From NCBI RefSeq assembly GCF_009914755.1, contig NC_060925.1: a DNA stretch of 64,000 nucleotides. The stretch is one strand, 5' to 3'. A program made the translations under genes and the position numbers. The stretch is from the human T2T-CHM13v2.0 reference genome, Homo sapiens. Every line of letters begins with the position of its first letter. Position 1 is the stretch's first letter. Under the pieces are notes generated by a model, which was not told the DNA's origin, did no database searches, and was given only the letters and a program-made list of their open reading frames with translations. This document shows, in pieces, positions 33,228 through 48,557 of the stretch.

Positions 33228-35299
33228 AAATGAAGAAACATCTACAGCAATATCATTCCATATTTCCTTTCTTGCCCCCTAAAATTATGTACAATGTATA
33301 AATCAAACTTTCTCCCTCTACCATTTTCTAAGAGCTCAATACAGCCTTCCATAGTCAATCTTGCCCACTATATCCATGCTTATTTGAAACAAAATAACAT
33401 GCAAATGAATCCAACCATTATGAAACACAGTAGAGCCTTAAATAAATAAATGTGTCTCTCCATATCTTTATTTTCCTTTCTTGATTTTTTACTCAGGTAT
33501 CTTGTTCCCTCTCTTTGTGAATCTCAAAATTATCATATTCATTATCTATAGATGACTGTGAGTTATGTTTATGATGCTACCCTAAAGGATGTCCCATGTT
33601 ATCTCTAGCACAAAACAGAAAGTCTCTTCTTCAGGTTACTACAACTTTTCTGAAATTGACAGCAAATACATTTATATTCCTGAAGGAATAATCACTGGTT
33701 TTGACATTCTTTTGAAATATCAGAGCACACTCTATGGGAAAGGGGGAGAGTGTTTAAGTACGGCTTTTTCACCCAATCACAGGAAGATCCTTGCCCATTC
33801 CTAAATATGTTATCTGTACCATTTTCTACTCAGATAGCATTTTCTTATCAAAAGAATATTTCAAATAGGTCTCATGGCAAGACATATAAAGTCCATTTAA
33901 CTACAAAAATTATGGAAGGAACTAGCTTGGAAATCTATTTAATAGGCACATTCAACAAATATTCAATTCAATTCATGTATTTACTAAGCAACTGGAAATC
34001 AGATATAAAACACAGTATTCTAGTAAATAGACAATGAATAAGTATTTATTGCATGAATGAAAATCCAAAGAAAGTAAGCCAATATCTACAAAGATAAAAA
34101 CAAATGCCATAATTCCTCAAACTAAGGAATTTGTGGGCTCTAGGGTACATAAACTCCTTTAAAGAGATATGCAGGTATAGATCATTTTAAGTGACTCAAT
34201 TTCCAGCTCTTCATCTTCTAGATAAATGTATTCTTTACTAAACTGATCTACCTGAAAGGGTTCCTGTGGCAAATATTTCATTACCATTCTCCTTTTCCAC
34301 ATTCCCTCTGCTCAAACACTCTTCTCCTCGTTTGTAAAGGAGAGGCATTACACCTCTCTCCTTACTATAGTTAGTATACTTCAGGAAGTATAACCAAAAG
34401 ACGGAGGCAAAAAAGCATTCTGAGTGATTTCTCTGGAGAAAGACAGTTCATTCATGAGGTCTCATTAGGACCATGGCTAAGGCAATCCTCAAAATGATAC
34501 ACTTTCCCTGGCTCTATTTTTATGTTCACAAATAATCATTTAACTATTAATCTGTTTTTCTGGACTCCTCAATTCTCAGAAAGGAGGGACCCAGCACTTC
34601 AATCACTACAAAGACATAGTCCCTTTGGTAAGCAAACAAGCATTTTAGTTTACACCTCAGTTTTGGGCCAATTTTATTATTCCTACTCTGTTTCTAAGGG
34701 TCTGCTTGATCTACGGATCTTTTTTCTACATCTTTGAGGTTGAAAAATGGACTCTGATCAATGGTAATTCACCAAAAATGCCACTCTGTGAAGTTCCTTT
34801 GGAGGTAGTCTTTCTAGGATAAAAGCTGGCACTGCACACTATCTTCCAAAATTCAGTCATACTGCTAGTGAATATTACTTCTTTGTAGGAATTTAAGTTC
34901 CTGATTTACTTGTTGGATGTATGGCCAGAAGTTGTTGATCTGAAAGGCAAAGAAATGTATTCTGTTCAAATATAATGTTAGAAAATAATGCCGTCATCTC
35001 ACTGATTTCAACTATGTTTTTCAACATTCTGTATATGCCAAATATAAAACTCAAAGTCTAATGTTGATTCTTTTTAATATAATCTTTCACATATCTAATC
35101 TTAATTTTATAAATATAATTTTTATATAATCTTTATCTGATGAAACCATCAATATTTTATAAGTTGAGATTAAAAAGTATGTTTTAATTTATAAATATAA
35201 AACAATCATACAGGCAGGCATATATTAATTTTACTTACAGATGTTTTTCTCCCTGAAAAAAAGAATCTATTCTTACTCAAAGGTGTTTAGTGAAGCTCA

Positions 35300-35611
<312 letters not shown>

Positions 35612-35989
35612 AGACTTATCTGGGAGAAGCAAAATAGGTAAAATCAAATCCTAAATCAAGGATTAAATAGTCATGGCTGCCATACTTAGCACACTGAAAA
35701 CCCCCACTTCTAATTAATATCTAATTAAAATTACAGATGTTGATTTCACATTGTAGGATACTGTTTTTGACTCTCAATCTTACCAAAGACAACAAATGAG
35801 AATCTATACTATGATCCTCAGGTAAAATCTTGCAAATAGTACCTCCTTTCTGAAAAACCTTGGTTTAATCCCTGGAAGAGGCAAAACATTGCTTGGGCAG
35901 TAACCACATGTAAGAAGCCTAGCCTTCAAAACAAAGTACTTAATAAAGTGTTTTTTTGTGTGTTGTGCTGTTCTTAAAATCATTCTTGA

Positions 35990-36335
<346 letters not shown>

Positions 36336-38036
36336 TCATATTTCATTGATTCTAAATGCAAATTTTTTTCATGTTAACATCTCCTATGAATCTTATAATC
36401 TGCAGCATCTTACAATTAAATGATGGCATGTTTTTCTTATAATGGTATTTAAATAATGGTGTGCAGGAGTCAAGGAGGTAATAAGGTAGGTTCAAAATAC
36501 ACAGTACCCAATGGACTAGTGAAATGACCAAAGGAATTCGTATAAGTTGACCCTTAAACAACACGGAGGGTGGGGGGCACCGACCCCCTGCATAGTCAAA
36601 AATCTGCATGTAACTCGACTCCCCAAAAACTTAACTACTAGTAGGCTACTGTTGACCTGAAGGCTTATCGATAAACAGTTGATAAATTTTTATTTGTGTT
36701 ATATAGTATATTCTTATAATAAAGTAAGCTAGAGAAAAGAAAATGTTACTAAGAAAATCATAAGGAAAATATACATTCATTAAGTGGAAGTGGATCATCA
36801 TAAAGGTCTTCACCCTGTTGTCTTCACAGGCTGAAGAGGGGCTGGTCTTGCTGTCTCAGCACTGGCAGAGGCAGAAGAGGTGGCAGGTGAGGCAGGCACA
36901 CTCAGTGTAGCTTTGTGAAAATACACCATAATTTCTCCCTTTTTAGTTTGTTTCTCTAAAAGTTTTTATACAGTACCAATCCTTTCACCATTTGCTTAAG
37001 TTTGGGTGCCCATATCATAGAAGGGTCCATGTAGTAAAAGTCAAAAGCAGTCTTAAATAATCAGAACGCTTCTGCAAGACTGTCTAATGTCAATCTCTTT
37101 GGGGCATTATTTATTCTACATCTTGTTCCTCATCATATCTATCTGGTTTGGAAGCAATCATTTCCATCAAGTCGTCTTCTGTTAATTCCTCTAGTGTGGT
37201 GTCTATTAGCTCTTTAATTTCTTCAAGATCTATATCTTAAAACCAACTCTCTGCCCCGCCCTGCCACACATTTTTGCCATACTCACAATCTTTCATGATT
37301 TCCTTGATTGGCTCTGTCGTAAATCCTGTGAAGTCACATATAACATGTAGACAGTTTTCTCCAGCAGAAATTTATTGCTTCAGGCATGACGGTTTTCACC
37401 GCCGTTTCTATAATGACAGCATCTCCAATGGATCCTTCCCGACCTTCATAATGTTCTATCAGGGTTCTCTTTCGTGGTGTTGACAATCCTTTCCATAGAG
37501 TACCATGTGTAATGAGCCTTAAAGGTCCTTATAACCCCCCGATCTAGAGGGTGAATTAGAGATGTTGTATTTGGGAGCCAGTAGATTGCAGTAGATGCCT
37601 TCAGTGTTGAACTCATGAATTTCTGAGTGGCTGGAGAACTGTCCAATATTGAAAGAACTTTAAAAGGCGGTCTCTTACTAGAAAGGTACCTCCTGACTTC
37701 AGGGAAAAAGAATCAATGGAACCAATCCAGAAAAAGGGTTCTCATTGTCCGGGGCTTCTTATTGTACAACCAAAAGACCAGAAGACGGTGTTTACCTTTT
37801 CCCTTCAAGGCACAGGGGTTAACAGTTTTATAGGTAAGTATAGTGTTGATCATAAACCCGCCTGAATTTGCAGAAAACAGAGGTAGCCTATCCCTTCCTG
37901 CCTTAAATCCTGGTGCTTCCTTCTCTCCCTTACTAATAAATGTCCTTTGTGGCATTTTTTTCCTCCCCCAGAATATGGCATTTCTGTCTACATTAAACAC
38001 CTGTTCATGCAAATAGATATCCTCTCTCCTCAATGA

Positions 38037-38900
38037 TTTTTTTTTCAAGTTCGGGGTACATGTACAGGATGTGCAGGTTTGCTACATATGTAAATAGGTG
38101 CCATGGTGGTTTGCTGCACAGACTGTCTCATCACCTAGGTATTAAGCCCAGCATCCATTAGCTAGCTGTTCCACCTGATGCTCTCCCTCCCCCTACTCCC
38201 CAAGGAGCTTAGTGTGTGTTGTTTCCCTCCATGTGTCCATGTGTTCTCATCATTCAGCTCCCACTTACAAGTGAGAACATGTGGTGTTTGGTTTTCTCTT
38301 CCTGTGTTAGTTTACTAAGGACATTGGCTTCCAACTCCATCCATGTCCCTGCAAAGGACATGATCTTGTTCCTTTTTATGGCTGCATAGTATTCTACATT
38401 TTCTTTATCCAGTCTATCATTGATGGGTGTTTAGGTTGATCCCATGTCTTTGCTATTGTGAATAGTGCTGTGATGAACATATGCATGCACGTAACTTTAT
38501 AACAGAATGATTTATATTCCTTTGGGTATATACCCAGTAAAGGGATTGCTGAGTCAAATGTTATTTCTGCCTCTAGGTCTTGCAGGAATTGTCACACTGT
38601 CTTCCACAATGGTTGAACCAATTTGCACTCCCACCAACAATGTATAAAGTGTTCCTTTTTCTCCACAATCTCACCAGAATCTGTTGTTTTTTGACTTTTT
38701 AATAACAGCCATTCTGACTGTTACTAAAAGAGAGGCATGAGAAGGCATCTCATTATGGTTTTGATTTGCATTTCTCCAACGATCAGTGATGTTGAGCTTT
38801 TTTTCACATGTTTGTTGGCTGCATGTACATCTTCTTTTGAAAAGTGTCTGTTCATGTCTTTTGCCCACTTTCTAATGTTTTTTTTTCTTGTAAATTTGCT
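38037..38900 (-). mobile_element. Middle-aged L1PA (about PA8-10) 3' end inside Tigger2
   Basis: Antisense L1PA 3'UTR (GGGGTACATGTACAGGATGTGCAGGTTTG) plus ORF2 C-terminal sequence. Confidence 0.88.
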
Positions 38901-39148
38901 TATTTGTTGCCTCTTGGTGAGAAGAAGCTGTTTCTCCTATTATCTTGACCTTTCTAAAGTCAAACCTCTTTCTAAACTTATCAAATCATCCTTTGCTGGC
39001 ATTACATTTTCCAGGTATAGATCCTTCACCTTCCTTTTGCTTTGTCACAGAATGACTTTTTTCTCAAATCATAGTAGAGTCTCTAAGTATGCCTTTCCTA
39101 TAGCAATACTACACCTACATAAAAGCTGAACTTACAATATGAGATTAA

Positions 39149-39527
<379 letters not shown>

Positions 39528-41159
39528 CATCCCTTTTCTTTTTTACAGAAGTCCGTAATGCTCAATTAATTTACCCTGAAATGGCAGACAACCACAGCTG
39601 CAGACCTCAATCTACAATACGTATTAAGCAATTCAACTTTTTCTTATAATGTCATGACATTTCTCTGCTTTTTGGGAGTACTTCCAGCATCACTAGTGGT
39701 ACTTCATATGGGTCTCATGGTGTTATTCAAGGTTTAGAGTATAGTGCTACATACAATGATAAAATACTCAAAAACCACAAGAGATCACTGTTTACTGTTA
39801 TACGCAGTTTACTGGAGGGACAAACTGCTCACTTGGAGATGATTAGCGTCTTGGCATTTTAAGTGGATACTAGCAACACTTGAGCTCACCACACTAGCCA
39901 TAGGAGGTAGCTACAAAAGTACTGCAGTAGTATAGTATGTACTACAGTTAATTTCATGCAGTTATGATTTAATACTGCATCTTTGCTTTTTTTTTACATT
40001 TTTCTGGATTGAGAATGGCACCAGATATGGTCTGCTAGTGTTTATGTGCCTACATTGTGATGAACTTTTTATAACAGATTTGTGTACATTTTATGGTAGT
40101 AAATGAAAAAATGGACTAGTATCTACATATATTTTATGCATTCATGCCATATCTTTTTCTTAATTTTTTGGATATTTTAGGCTACATAGTTCATCTGCAA
40201 GTGTTTTCAAATTGCTGCAAATTTCCAAAAAAGTTTCCAATATATTTACTGAAAAACATCAACGTATAAGTGGACCTATGCAGTCACAACCTGTGTTTTT
40301 TGAGCAGAAATTATATTTTGAATCACAATTCCTGCATCACAGTGCCATATCTGCAACTGATTTCAGACAGTTATAGAAACAAACCAGTTAGTTTTCCCCC
40401 TTCCTGTCATATGATAATGGCAACATCTTCTTCTACTACATAACTATTTTCAGACTGAATTATATTAATATATGCAAGGTACTTAGTTCTAGGTCTAGAA
40501 AATTCTTAAAGCCTTCAAATTGAAACTTCCATTTGTTATACTATTTACGTTGGTAAGGGTCCCTTCAAATAAAACTACATATATTTTTATGTATTTTTCT
40601 CACAATCTTTCAATAAAGTATTGACAAAGAAAAAAATCAATGACCCAGATATTTCTTACAGATAATTAGTTATACTGGAGAAGTTACATAACCATAACTT
40701 ATAAAGACACCATTTACTAAAAATGTATTTTCACCCCTTAAAAGCTGCTTAACCTTAAACAAACTTGACTGAAAATTTCTGATACTTTAAATGCCAATAA
40801 CATAAAATGTAGTTAAGTTCTAATAAATCTCTGGAAAATCAGTTGCCGTATCAGAAAAAGCACAGATCCGCTTTCCTAAAAGTCTCTACAGAGCTGAGTT
40901 ACATTCTCAACCATTAAGGTAAGTCTAAAATCAGTAAGATAATCGATCCAAAGGAAATATCATCATCAGTACATTGATACATGAAAGACCAAAGTCTCCA
41001 ATTTTACCAGGAAAGTACATTTTTTTAAAACATTAAATGGAAAAGAAATTTTATTTTAAAAATTTTAACTGAAGATACTCACCATATTAAACAGTAACAA
41101 CTATCAGACTCAATTTCATTAACTAGAGATTATGATTCCTCAAACATTTCCAGAGCCAG

Positions 41160-41380
41160 CATAGCACAGTAATTAACAGCAGCGTTACTAACTATGTGAC
41201 CCTGGGCAAGTAAGCTAACTTCTCTGAATTTCAGTTTCCTTATCTGTAAAAAAAAGAATATTAATAGCATCTATATTTAATAGGGTCATCCTAAAGATTA
41301 AGAGAAGTAATACATATAGTATGGTTACTATACTAGCATATAATAAATGGTCAATAAATGTTAACTGTCATTATTCTTAT
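41160..41380 (+). mobile_element. MIR
   Basis: TGTGACCCTGGGCAAGT...TCTCTGAATTTCAGTTTCCTTATCTGTAAAA. Confidence 0.8.
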
Positions 41381-43749
41381 CTTAAGAATTCAGCATATAT
41401 TGTAAGCTGGAGGTCATTCCTCATACCCTACGTGTCAATTAATCTAATAAATATTAATTAGAACTTCAAGGAAAAAAATAAGCCAATGTGGTTGGAACAG
41501 AGTGAAAAAGGGGGTGAGCGGAAAACTGGCATTAGATGAGATGGTAAGGGGTCCTGTTCATATTATTTGTAATGCATATTCTGCTTCTCATTACTGTAAT
41601 GGATACAGTATACCCACAACCTCTATATATCTTTATATATGCACACATACATACACACACCAAATTTTGTAAACAAGCATTTCATAGGTACCACATACAG
41701 ATAAGGATATGGGAAGAAGAGAAAGAAAAATTAGATGGGGTAGACAGGAAAGAGAGAACAAAACTGGAAAAAGGAAGAGGAGAAGAAAAAAGAAGAAAAC
41801 AGAGAGGAAGAAAAGGTGATGGTTTCAGTTGATGAATGACCCTTGGTTCAGAAAGGGCTAGATTTGTGTACATGCTTGGTTGGCATCATGACACTGAGCA
41901 CACAGGAGGTAAATGAAGCACGCTAGAAAAGGGTGAATATGAGAGCCAGGAGACTCTTACAACAGTTACTGTTTATGTCAAGACCCACATGTCCCAGGGG
42001 ACCCATTTTCACATAATCTATAATTATCTCTTCGCTTTAATCGCCTTGTCATTCCTGAGGTTCTCATGGGCACTGGAAGAGGAAAAGCTCATTAACTAAA
42101 CCTTTTCTCCTCTCTCCAGCCACCCATGGCTTTTAATTGCTTGGTGTGTTATTATCTAGGAGTGCAACTGGAATCATTTTCATAAGAAAGGGAGGTAGAG
42201 AGGAGGAAGGGAGCCATGAGTCCCTGAGGTATGCACCAAAGACAAACCTTTGCTTTCTCAATTATTTATGCCAGCTGAGGTTTTACAGGCTGAATAAATC
42301 CATAACTCAAGTTCATTCTGAGCAGTCAGATTCTCCAGGGGGAGTTGCCCACTTGCCTATACCCGCTTGTGTAGTCCTCAAAGAATAACCAGAATTTAAC
42401 AAGACATATGTCATCCAATTTATCACCTATCACCAAGGTGTTAACACAATGTTGATCATAGGCAACATGGTGAAATAGAGAAGTATTACACTACCACCAG
42501 CCAAACAGATGGAGGGAAGCTTTTTGGTGCTAAAGGCAGTGGTATCATTAGGATAGTGGTGTTCCAGAATGACGGCCTGTTAAATGCATAAAAATCCAAA
42601 TATTCATTTTTTAAAACACAAATATGTAGAACACATACTCTTGAAGCTTAAGAATCTTTAAGTAGATTTGTTAAAAACAGGCTGCAATGTAACAATGTGA
42701 AGCTTTGAATGAATAAATAGAATTTTATAACATCTGATTTTAGAAGTAATTTACAATAAAACTATACACGTTACAGCTTTTTCTCCAATCATATCTCTTT
42801 CAGGAAAATTTTAGAGTATAATTTATGCATGACAGGCTTTTATGCTACTTCCAAGTTAGTTCATATTTCACCAAGAATACAAAATTAAAGCATAAAACAA
42901 TCACTTTCATTCTAATTTTTTATACTTATATTCTTCCATTTATAATCAGGACTAGACAGCAGCCAATGAAAAGATATTTGGGAAATATTTTCAAAATCCA
43001 TTATTGTTTAAAAATGGAAACTTTATAAGTCAATGATTAAAGCATCTCTTTGAAATTCTACAGGCTTTTGTGTCTGACCACAAGCAGCAACCTCTTGTAT
43101 TTTCTGCCAAAACACTTCATTTGTCTCACAGAACAACTAATCAATTCCAGAGCCCATCAATCATTTCAGTTGTATACTAGGACTGGTCTTGCTTAGAGAA
43201 GGTCCAGATGGCTGTCTGTGTAAGCAGAATTAATAAAATTCTAATAGATTACATGACATCAAACTACAAAATATAACAGGGAGGATCAAATCTTATTGCA
43301 GGGTGGTGTGGGTACTGTTCAATCTTCATTTACTACATTTTTAATTCTTACCCTAATTTCTCAATTTATGTGCAAACTTCTAGATCAAACCTTTGAAGCA
43401 TGCAAGTAACCAGAAGCAATTTCTTGTATATGTAGTGCAGAATCATCTTACTCTACAAACCCCTATGCTTATTGACCAGTACTTTTTCTGCCCATCTGCG
43501 GTATAAATGAAAAACAGCTGATCGCAAAACCAGAGGTTACTCCCTGTTATAAGATTTGTTACTCTCGTTTCTATAGTTCTAAAAATATTGGCTCTCCCTT
43601 CCTTGTTTTCCATTTTCTTTTGCAAAAGCAAACAACTTGCATTTAATTATATAACCAGAATGCCATGTTATTGTAGCTCCTAACATCAGCTCCTGGCTCC
43701 TCTGTAGGGACTCCCTCTGCCGAATAACAATACTATTTATAAAAGCTAA

Positions 43750-43950
43750 CAGTTACACAGTAACTTATTTTGCACCAGGTACTGTTCGAGGATGTCTATG
43801 TATTCACATAATCTGCTAAGTATCAAGTGAGATAAGTACTATAATTATCCCCATTTTACAGGTAAGTAACTTGCCCAAGATCACACAGCTAGTAAGTGGT
43901 GGAACTAGCATTTGAATGCCAGCGGTTTGGCTCCATAATTTTTTGTACTT
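43750..43950 (-). mobile_element. MIR
   Basis: TTATCCCCATTTTACAG...AAGTAACTTGCCCAAGATCACACAGCTAGTAAGTGG. Confidence 0.8.
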
Positions 43951-44660
43951 AATTAGAATCCCCCTACACCCCCTCAATTATATTACAGAACAATTAACTT
44001 GCTTCAGAATGAGAAATTGATGTCAGAGCTCTGCAATATTAACACAGAGATCTGAACCTCTGACATTATATTGATACTTTCTATGACAGAGTAGAAAGCA
44101 GGAAGCAAGCTCAGAATTGGCCCCACTGGCCCTTGGCTCAAACTCATAACTCATCATCTATTATACAATACACATTCGTCAGAAAAGCTGCCACAACAAT
44201 GGAACCCAAACTTAACCAAATGGATTTATTAGATAGTGATTTGCCTGATCTTTACAAATGTAAAAAAAATCTGGAGTTATAAAGTATCAAAACAAACCTT
44301 CAAAATACATTATTTTATGTCCTTTTTTAAAAATAACAGTTCCATAGAAAAGAATTTTTGCTTTCATCCAAGTCTACCATTTGATGCTTCTAAAACTCTA
44401 AAACCTACTGTCACTTTCGCCTCAGTTAAATATAATTCTGCCAAGAAATTGCAATTAATATCAATTAAAGCACAACTTTCTCTTAGAAAAATAAAACACC
44501 AGATATATTTCACCAAAATACAAGCATAATTTGATTACATAACTTCAAGAAATAACCCATTTTCATTGTTGCAATTGCATTCTGATACGTAAGAAACCAT
44601 ACGGACTACATCTGGCTCTTCACTGGAATAATCCAACATTTCAGTACATAAGAATTTTCA

Positions 44661-44989
<329 letters not shown>

Positions 44990-46149
44990 CTAATTTGTTA
45001 TAATGGAATTCTACACTATAAAAAGAACTCTCCCAATACAAGAGTATGATTAGTTGCTGTAATTTCTGATCTGCTGTAGTAGTAACAAAATTACTGTGTT
45101 TGTAATAGTTAAACAGCTTTCAATGGCTTGCTCACATTCATGTTTCTTACTCTTTCTTAACAATATGTTCAGAATATGAAGATTTAGATGATATCATAAG
45201 ACTAATACTTAATGAAGACTTCATGAAAAAAAGGCCAAGTCTAACCAATTTTGCCCACAAAGGTTCATATTTCATTCAATTAATATTTATTAAACATACT
45301 TTCATGAAAATGCCAAAAGTAGTAAGAACATATTATTCAAAAGTGAAGAAGTTGAGAAGCACAAATATTCCAATGTTTTCTGTCATTATAGGTTCATAAT
45401 AAATGTGTGTTGAATTGAATTTAAATCTCTACAAAAATAAACTGTATTATTCTTTGTCATTGTTTATCACTGTCAAAATTCTAAATACTGATTTAAATCT
45501 AAGAATCACTTCACTAGCAATTGGGTGGGGGATAAAGGAAGGAAGATTAACCCTTTCAATACAGTTTAACTCTATCTCAGGATTTCTACTCTCACTACAA
45601 CTGGAGTACATTTGATTTGCTTCGTGTTCTGTAGGGCTGCTGTGATCAGTCACGTCATCAGACATTTGAAAAGAAAATGTATTCAGTACATCATTTTGAA
45701 AAATACTAGAGTATGGGAGCCCTTAAGGAAAATGGCATACAAAATAAAGATCATTATGATTTACAGATAAGTGACTGATATTGTTAGAAACTTAAGCTTA
45801 GTAATTTTTTTAAAAGGAAAGTCAAGAAACTATCTCAATTTATTTATCTAACTAGGAAAGAAAAATAGCCTATACATTTTTTATTGCTTAAGAGAAAGAG
45901 GTTAGGATAGGCATATCACAGAAGAACCAAACCAGCAGCTCTCTGTCTTACAATAGGGCTCTTAGGCTAACTCTACATAAGCAATAGTCACTAAACTATC
46001 AGCTCTTCAAGGGAAGCAGCTGTGGCTACCTCCCAAGTTCTGAGTACTTTCACTGAAGATCTACTAAGTTTGGGGGCCTTCCTCAGATAGTGAGAATGCA
46101 AAGATGGGTAAAATATGATCTTCACTATCAAAAACTAAAAGCTAAAAGT

Positions 46150-46720
46150 ATTTCTAAGTATACAGTTCAGTAGTGTTAAGTATATTCACACTGTTGTGCA
46201 ATCCCCGTAACTTTTTCATCTTGTAAAACTGAAACTCTGTCCCCATTAAACAACTTCCCATTTCCCCTACCCCCAGAGCTCCTGGCAACCACCATTTTAC
46301 TGTCTCTCTGATTTTTGAATCCTTTCTGTTTCTGTGAGTTTGACTACTCTAAATACCTTATGTAAGTATAATCGCAAAGTGTTTGTGTTCTTGTGACTGG
46401 CTTATTTCACTTAGCGTAATATCCTCAAGGTTCATACATGTTGCAACAGCTGTCAAAATTTCCTTCCTTTTTAAGGCTGAATAATATTCCATTGTATATA
46501 CCACATTTTGTTTATCCATCCATCTGTCAACAGATGCTTCCACCTATTGGCTACTGTATAGAATGCTGCTATGAACATGGGTGTGCAAATATGTCTTTGA
46601 GATTCTGCTTTCTTGTTTCTGCTTCTTGAGAAACAGAATTGGTGGATCATATGGTAATTCTATTTTAACTTTCTGAGGAAACTTCCGTTTTCCACAGTGG
46701 CTGTATCATTTTATACTCCA
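46150..46720 (-). mobile_element. L1MB-type 3' end
   Basis: Antisense L1MB 3'UTR (TGTGACTGGCTTATTTCACTTAGC). Confidence 0.82.
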
Positions 46721-47201
46721 AAATTACTTTTAATTTACAGCAAATTAAATTAACTTTTAATTAAACAAATTAAAAAATTAAAATATTTAAAATAATAGTA
46801 TTTTGAGGAAAATTAACACAAAAATCCTTAGCTTTAGATTGAGACACAACATCTTGTCCCACCAACTACTTGTGTGGGGAAAGTCATTGAATGAGACAGT
46901 CGTCACTAGACACCAATGAAAAGTAATTATTATCACTTATTCAGACTTATCTGGCACTGGTTCAGACATTTAATTGATTTTAAAGATTATACACCTAAAA
47001 AATTATTTCCTGTCATTTATTGTCCTGCTGGCAAATACCACCAAATCAGTTTCATGTTAAGAAGGAATGCTTCACAAATTGAAGATTTCAGGATTAAAAA
47101 TATATAGTACACATATACACATACATAAGCACATACATACAAACACATGCACACACACAGGCATATATATTTCTATTATCAAAGATCAGAAGAGAAATTA
47201 C

Positions 47202-47284
47202 CTGATGGTTTCTTCATGATATAGAGAACTAATAACTGGCCCACCAAAACCTGTATTTGCTTCTTTTCCTTTCTTCTCTGGTAT
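47202..47284 (-). CDS. ACBD6: ACBD6 internal coding exon (probably exon 4), 83 nt, IPEKKGKEANTGFGGPVISSLYHEETI(R)
   Basis: Minus strand reads polypyrimidine tract ...ttctccttcccacag|ATACCAGAG...ACCATCAG|gtaatt. Phase 0 in, phase 2 out. Peptide matches the recalled ACBD6 linker after the ACB domain and joins in frame to 30382-30487. Confidence 0.96.
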
Positions 47285-48557
47285 CTGTGGGAAGGAGAAA
47301 AAAAAGTGAAAAAAAGACAAATGGGTTAAAACAATAGGTATTTAAATCAGTTACAAAATGTTATTTTGCTAAGAAAGACTAAGGATTTTACCCTCAACCA
47401 TCTCTTCAAACCCTAGTAAAACTTTTAAGGTGGTAACAGAAAGGCAATAGGATTCTCAGGTCATCACAGGAGTGGAATGGGTACCTGGCTGGCAATCTAA
47501 GGTATTCCAGTACAGCCTTCTGGAGCCACCAAAAAACAATTCTCCTAGCTGACTGTGAGATGATGTTCAATGTGGTAAATATGGATGTTCAGGTGAGAAA
47601 AAGAAAAATAAATCCCAGACATGAATGTGATCAGCAAAATCGTATCTAGATTTATAAAAGTTCCCAAATAAGAAGCTACATTACAGTAAAAGTTCAAATT
47701 TAATTATAAAGAAAATGTTTTTGGGTTAAAAAAAAAAAAAAGGAAGGAGAAAAGGTAGAGGAGGGATAGGAAAGGAGGTTTATATCTCAAATAAAAGAAA
47801 AAAGAAGCAAACTGCACAGAAATACTTTCCAAACTCAAGGATTCAACACGTCTTGCCCCTCTATGTTCTCAAAACACACAAGAGTAAAATTAATTTAGTA
47901 ATAAGATTCTTCTAAAACATGTAATGTGGAAGCAATGAACCTGGATAATACTGTCTGCAAGGATCAAAGTGCAACCTCTGCAAAACCCCATGTATTGACA
48001 GCGTTTAGTACAGGACACCCTGCAAAAGTCAAAACTCTGATTCCGGACATAAATATTCCCTTAGAATCAAAATTACATTATTATTTAATTTGACTGCAAA
48101 AAGACTAGTTTTACTTCAAATAAAATACAGTCAATCCCCATACACATTTTTTCAGTACTTAAGAGAAGTACGAGTTTTGTTTTTTTTTTTAATTGTTTGT
48201 TTCAGTCTGTGGATCACTGGGCTGAGGAAAAAGACCCCCTTCCCCGGAGATAGCATATTCTATCTGTTCCTAACACTACTGGGGGAACTAAGGTTTCAAA
48301 AAATGTTGTAAATTTTTGAGGAGATGAATCAAGTCAGTTATCAACTTGTAATAGAAACAAAGTTATAAAATCATAGACGACAACTATTAACATGATTAAA
48401 TGACAAAGTATATAAAGTGTATTAGTATGATGCTAGCAAACAAGAAGCACTAGGTAAATGACAGATTTCTCTGTGCTCTGAGGGCCATTTTTAGAGAATA
48501 AATGCTATGAAGAATTTCTGGGATAGATAATGTATTTCTTTATACCAAAAAAAAGTA

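Noticed and set aside
33181-33278. Extra exon ending at strong donor AAG|gtaaga (33180)
   Set aside because: Acceptor is ambiguous and pyrimidine-poor, and the best candidate of about 98 nt would frameshift. Lone donors are common.
41082-41122. Extra exon ending at donor ATG|gtgagt
   Set aside because: No convincing polypyrimidine tract or acceptor upstream.
41705-41818. Lys/Glu/Arg-rich ORF 41572-41832
   Set aside because: Produced by a GA-rich low-complexity tract, with no splice or homology support.
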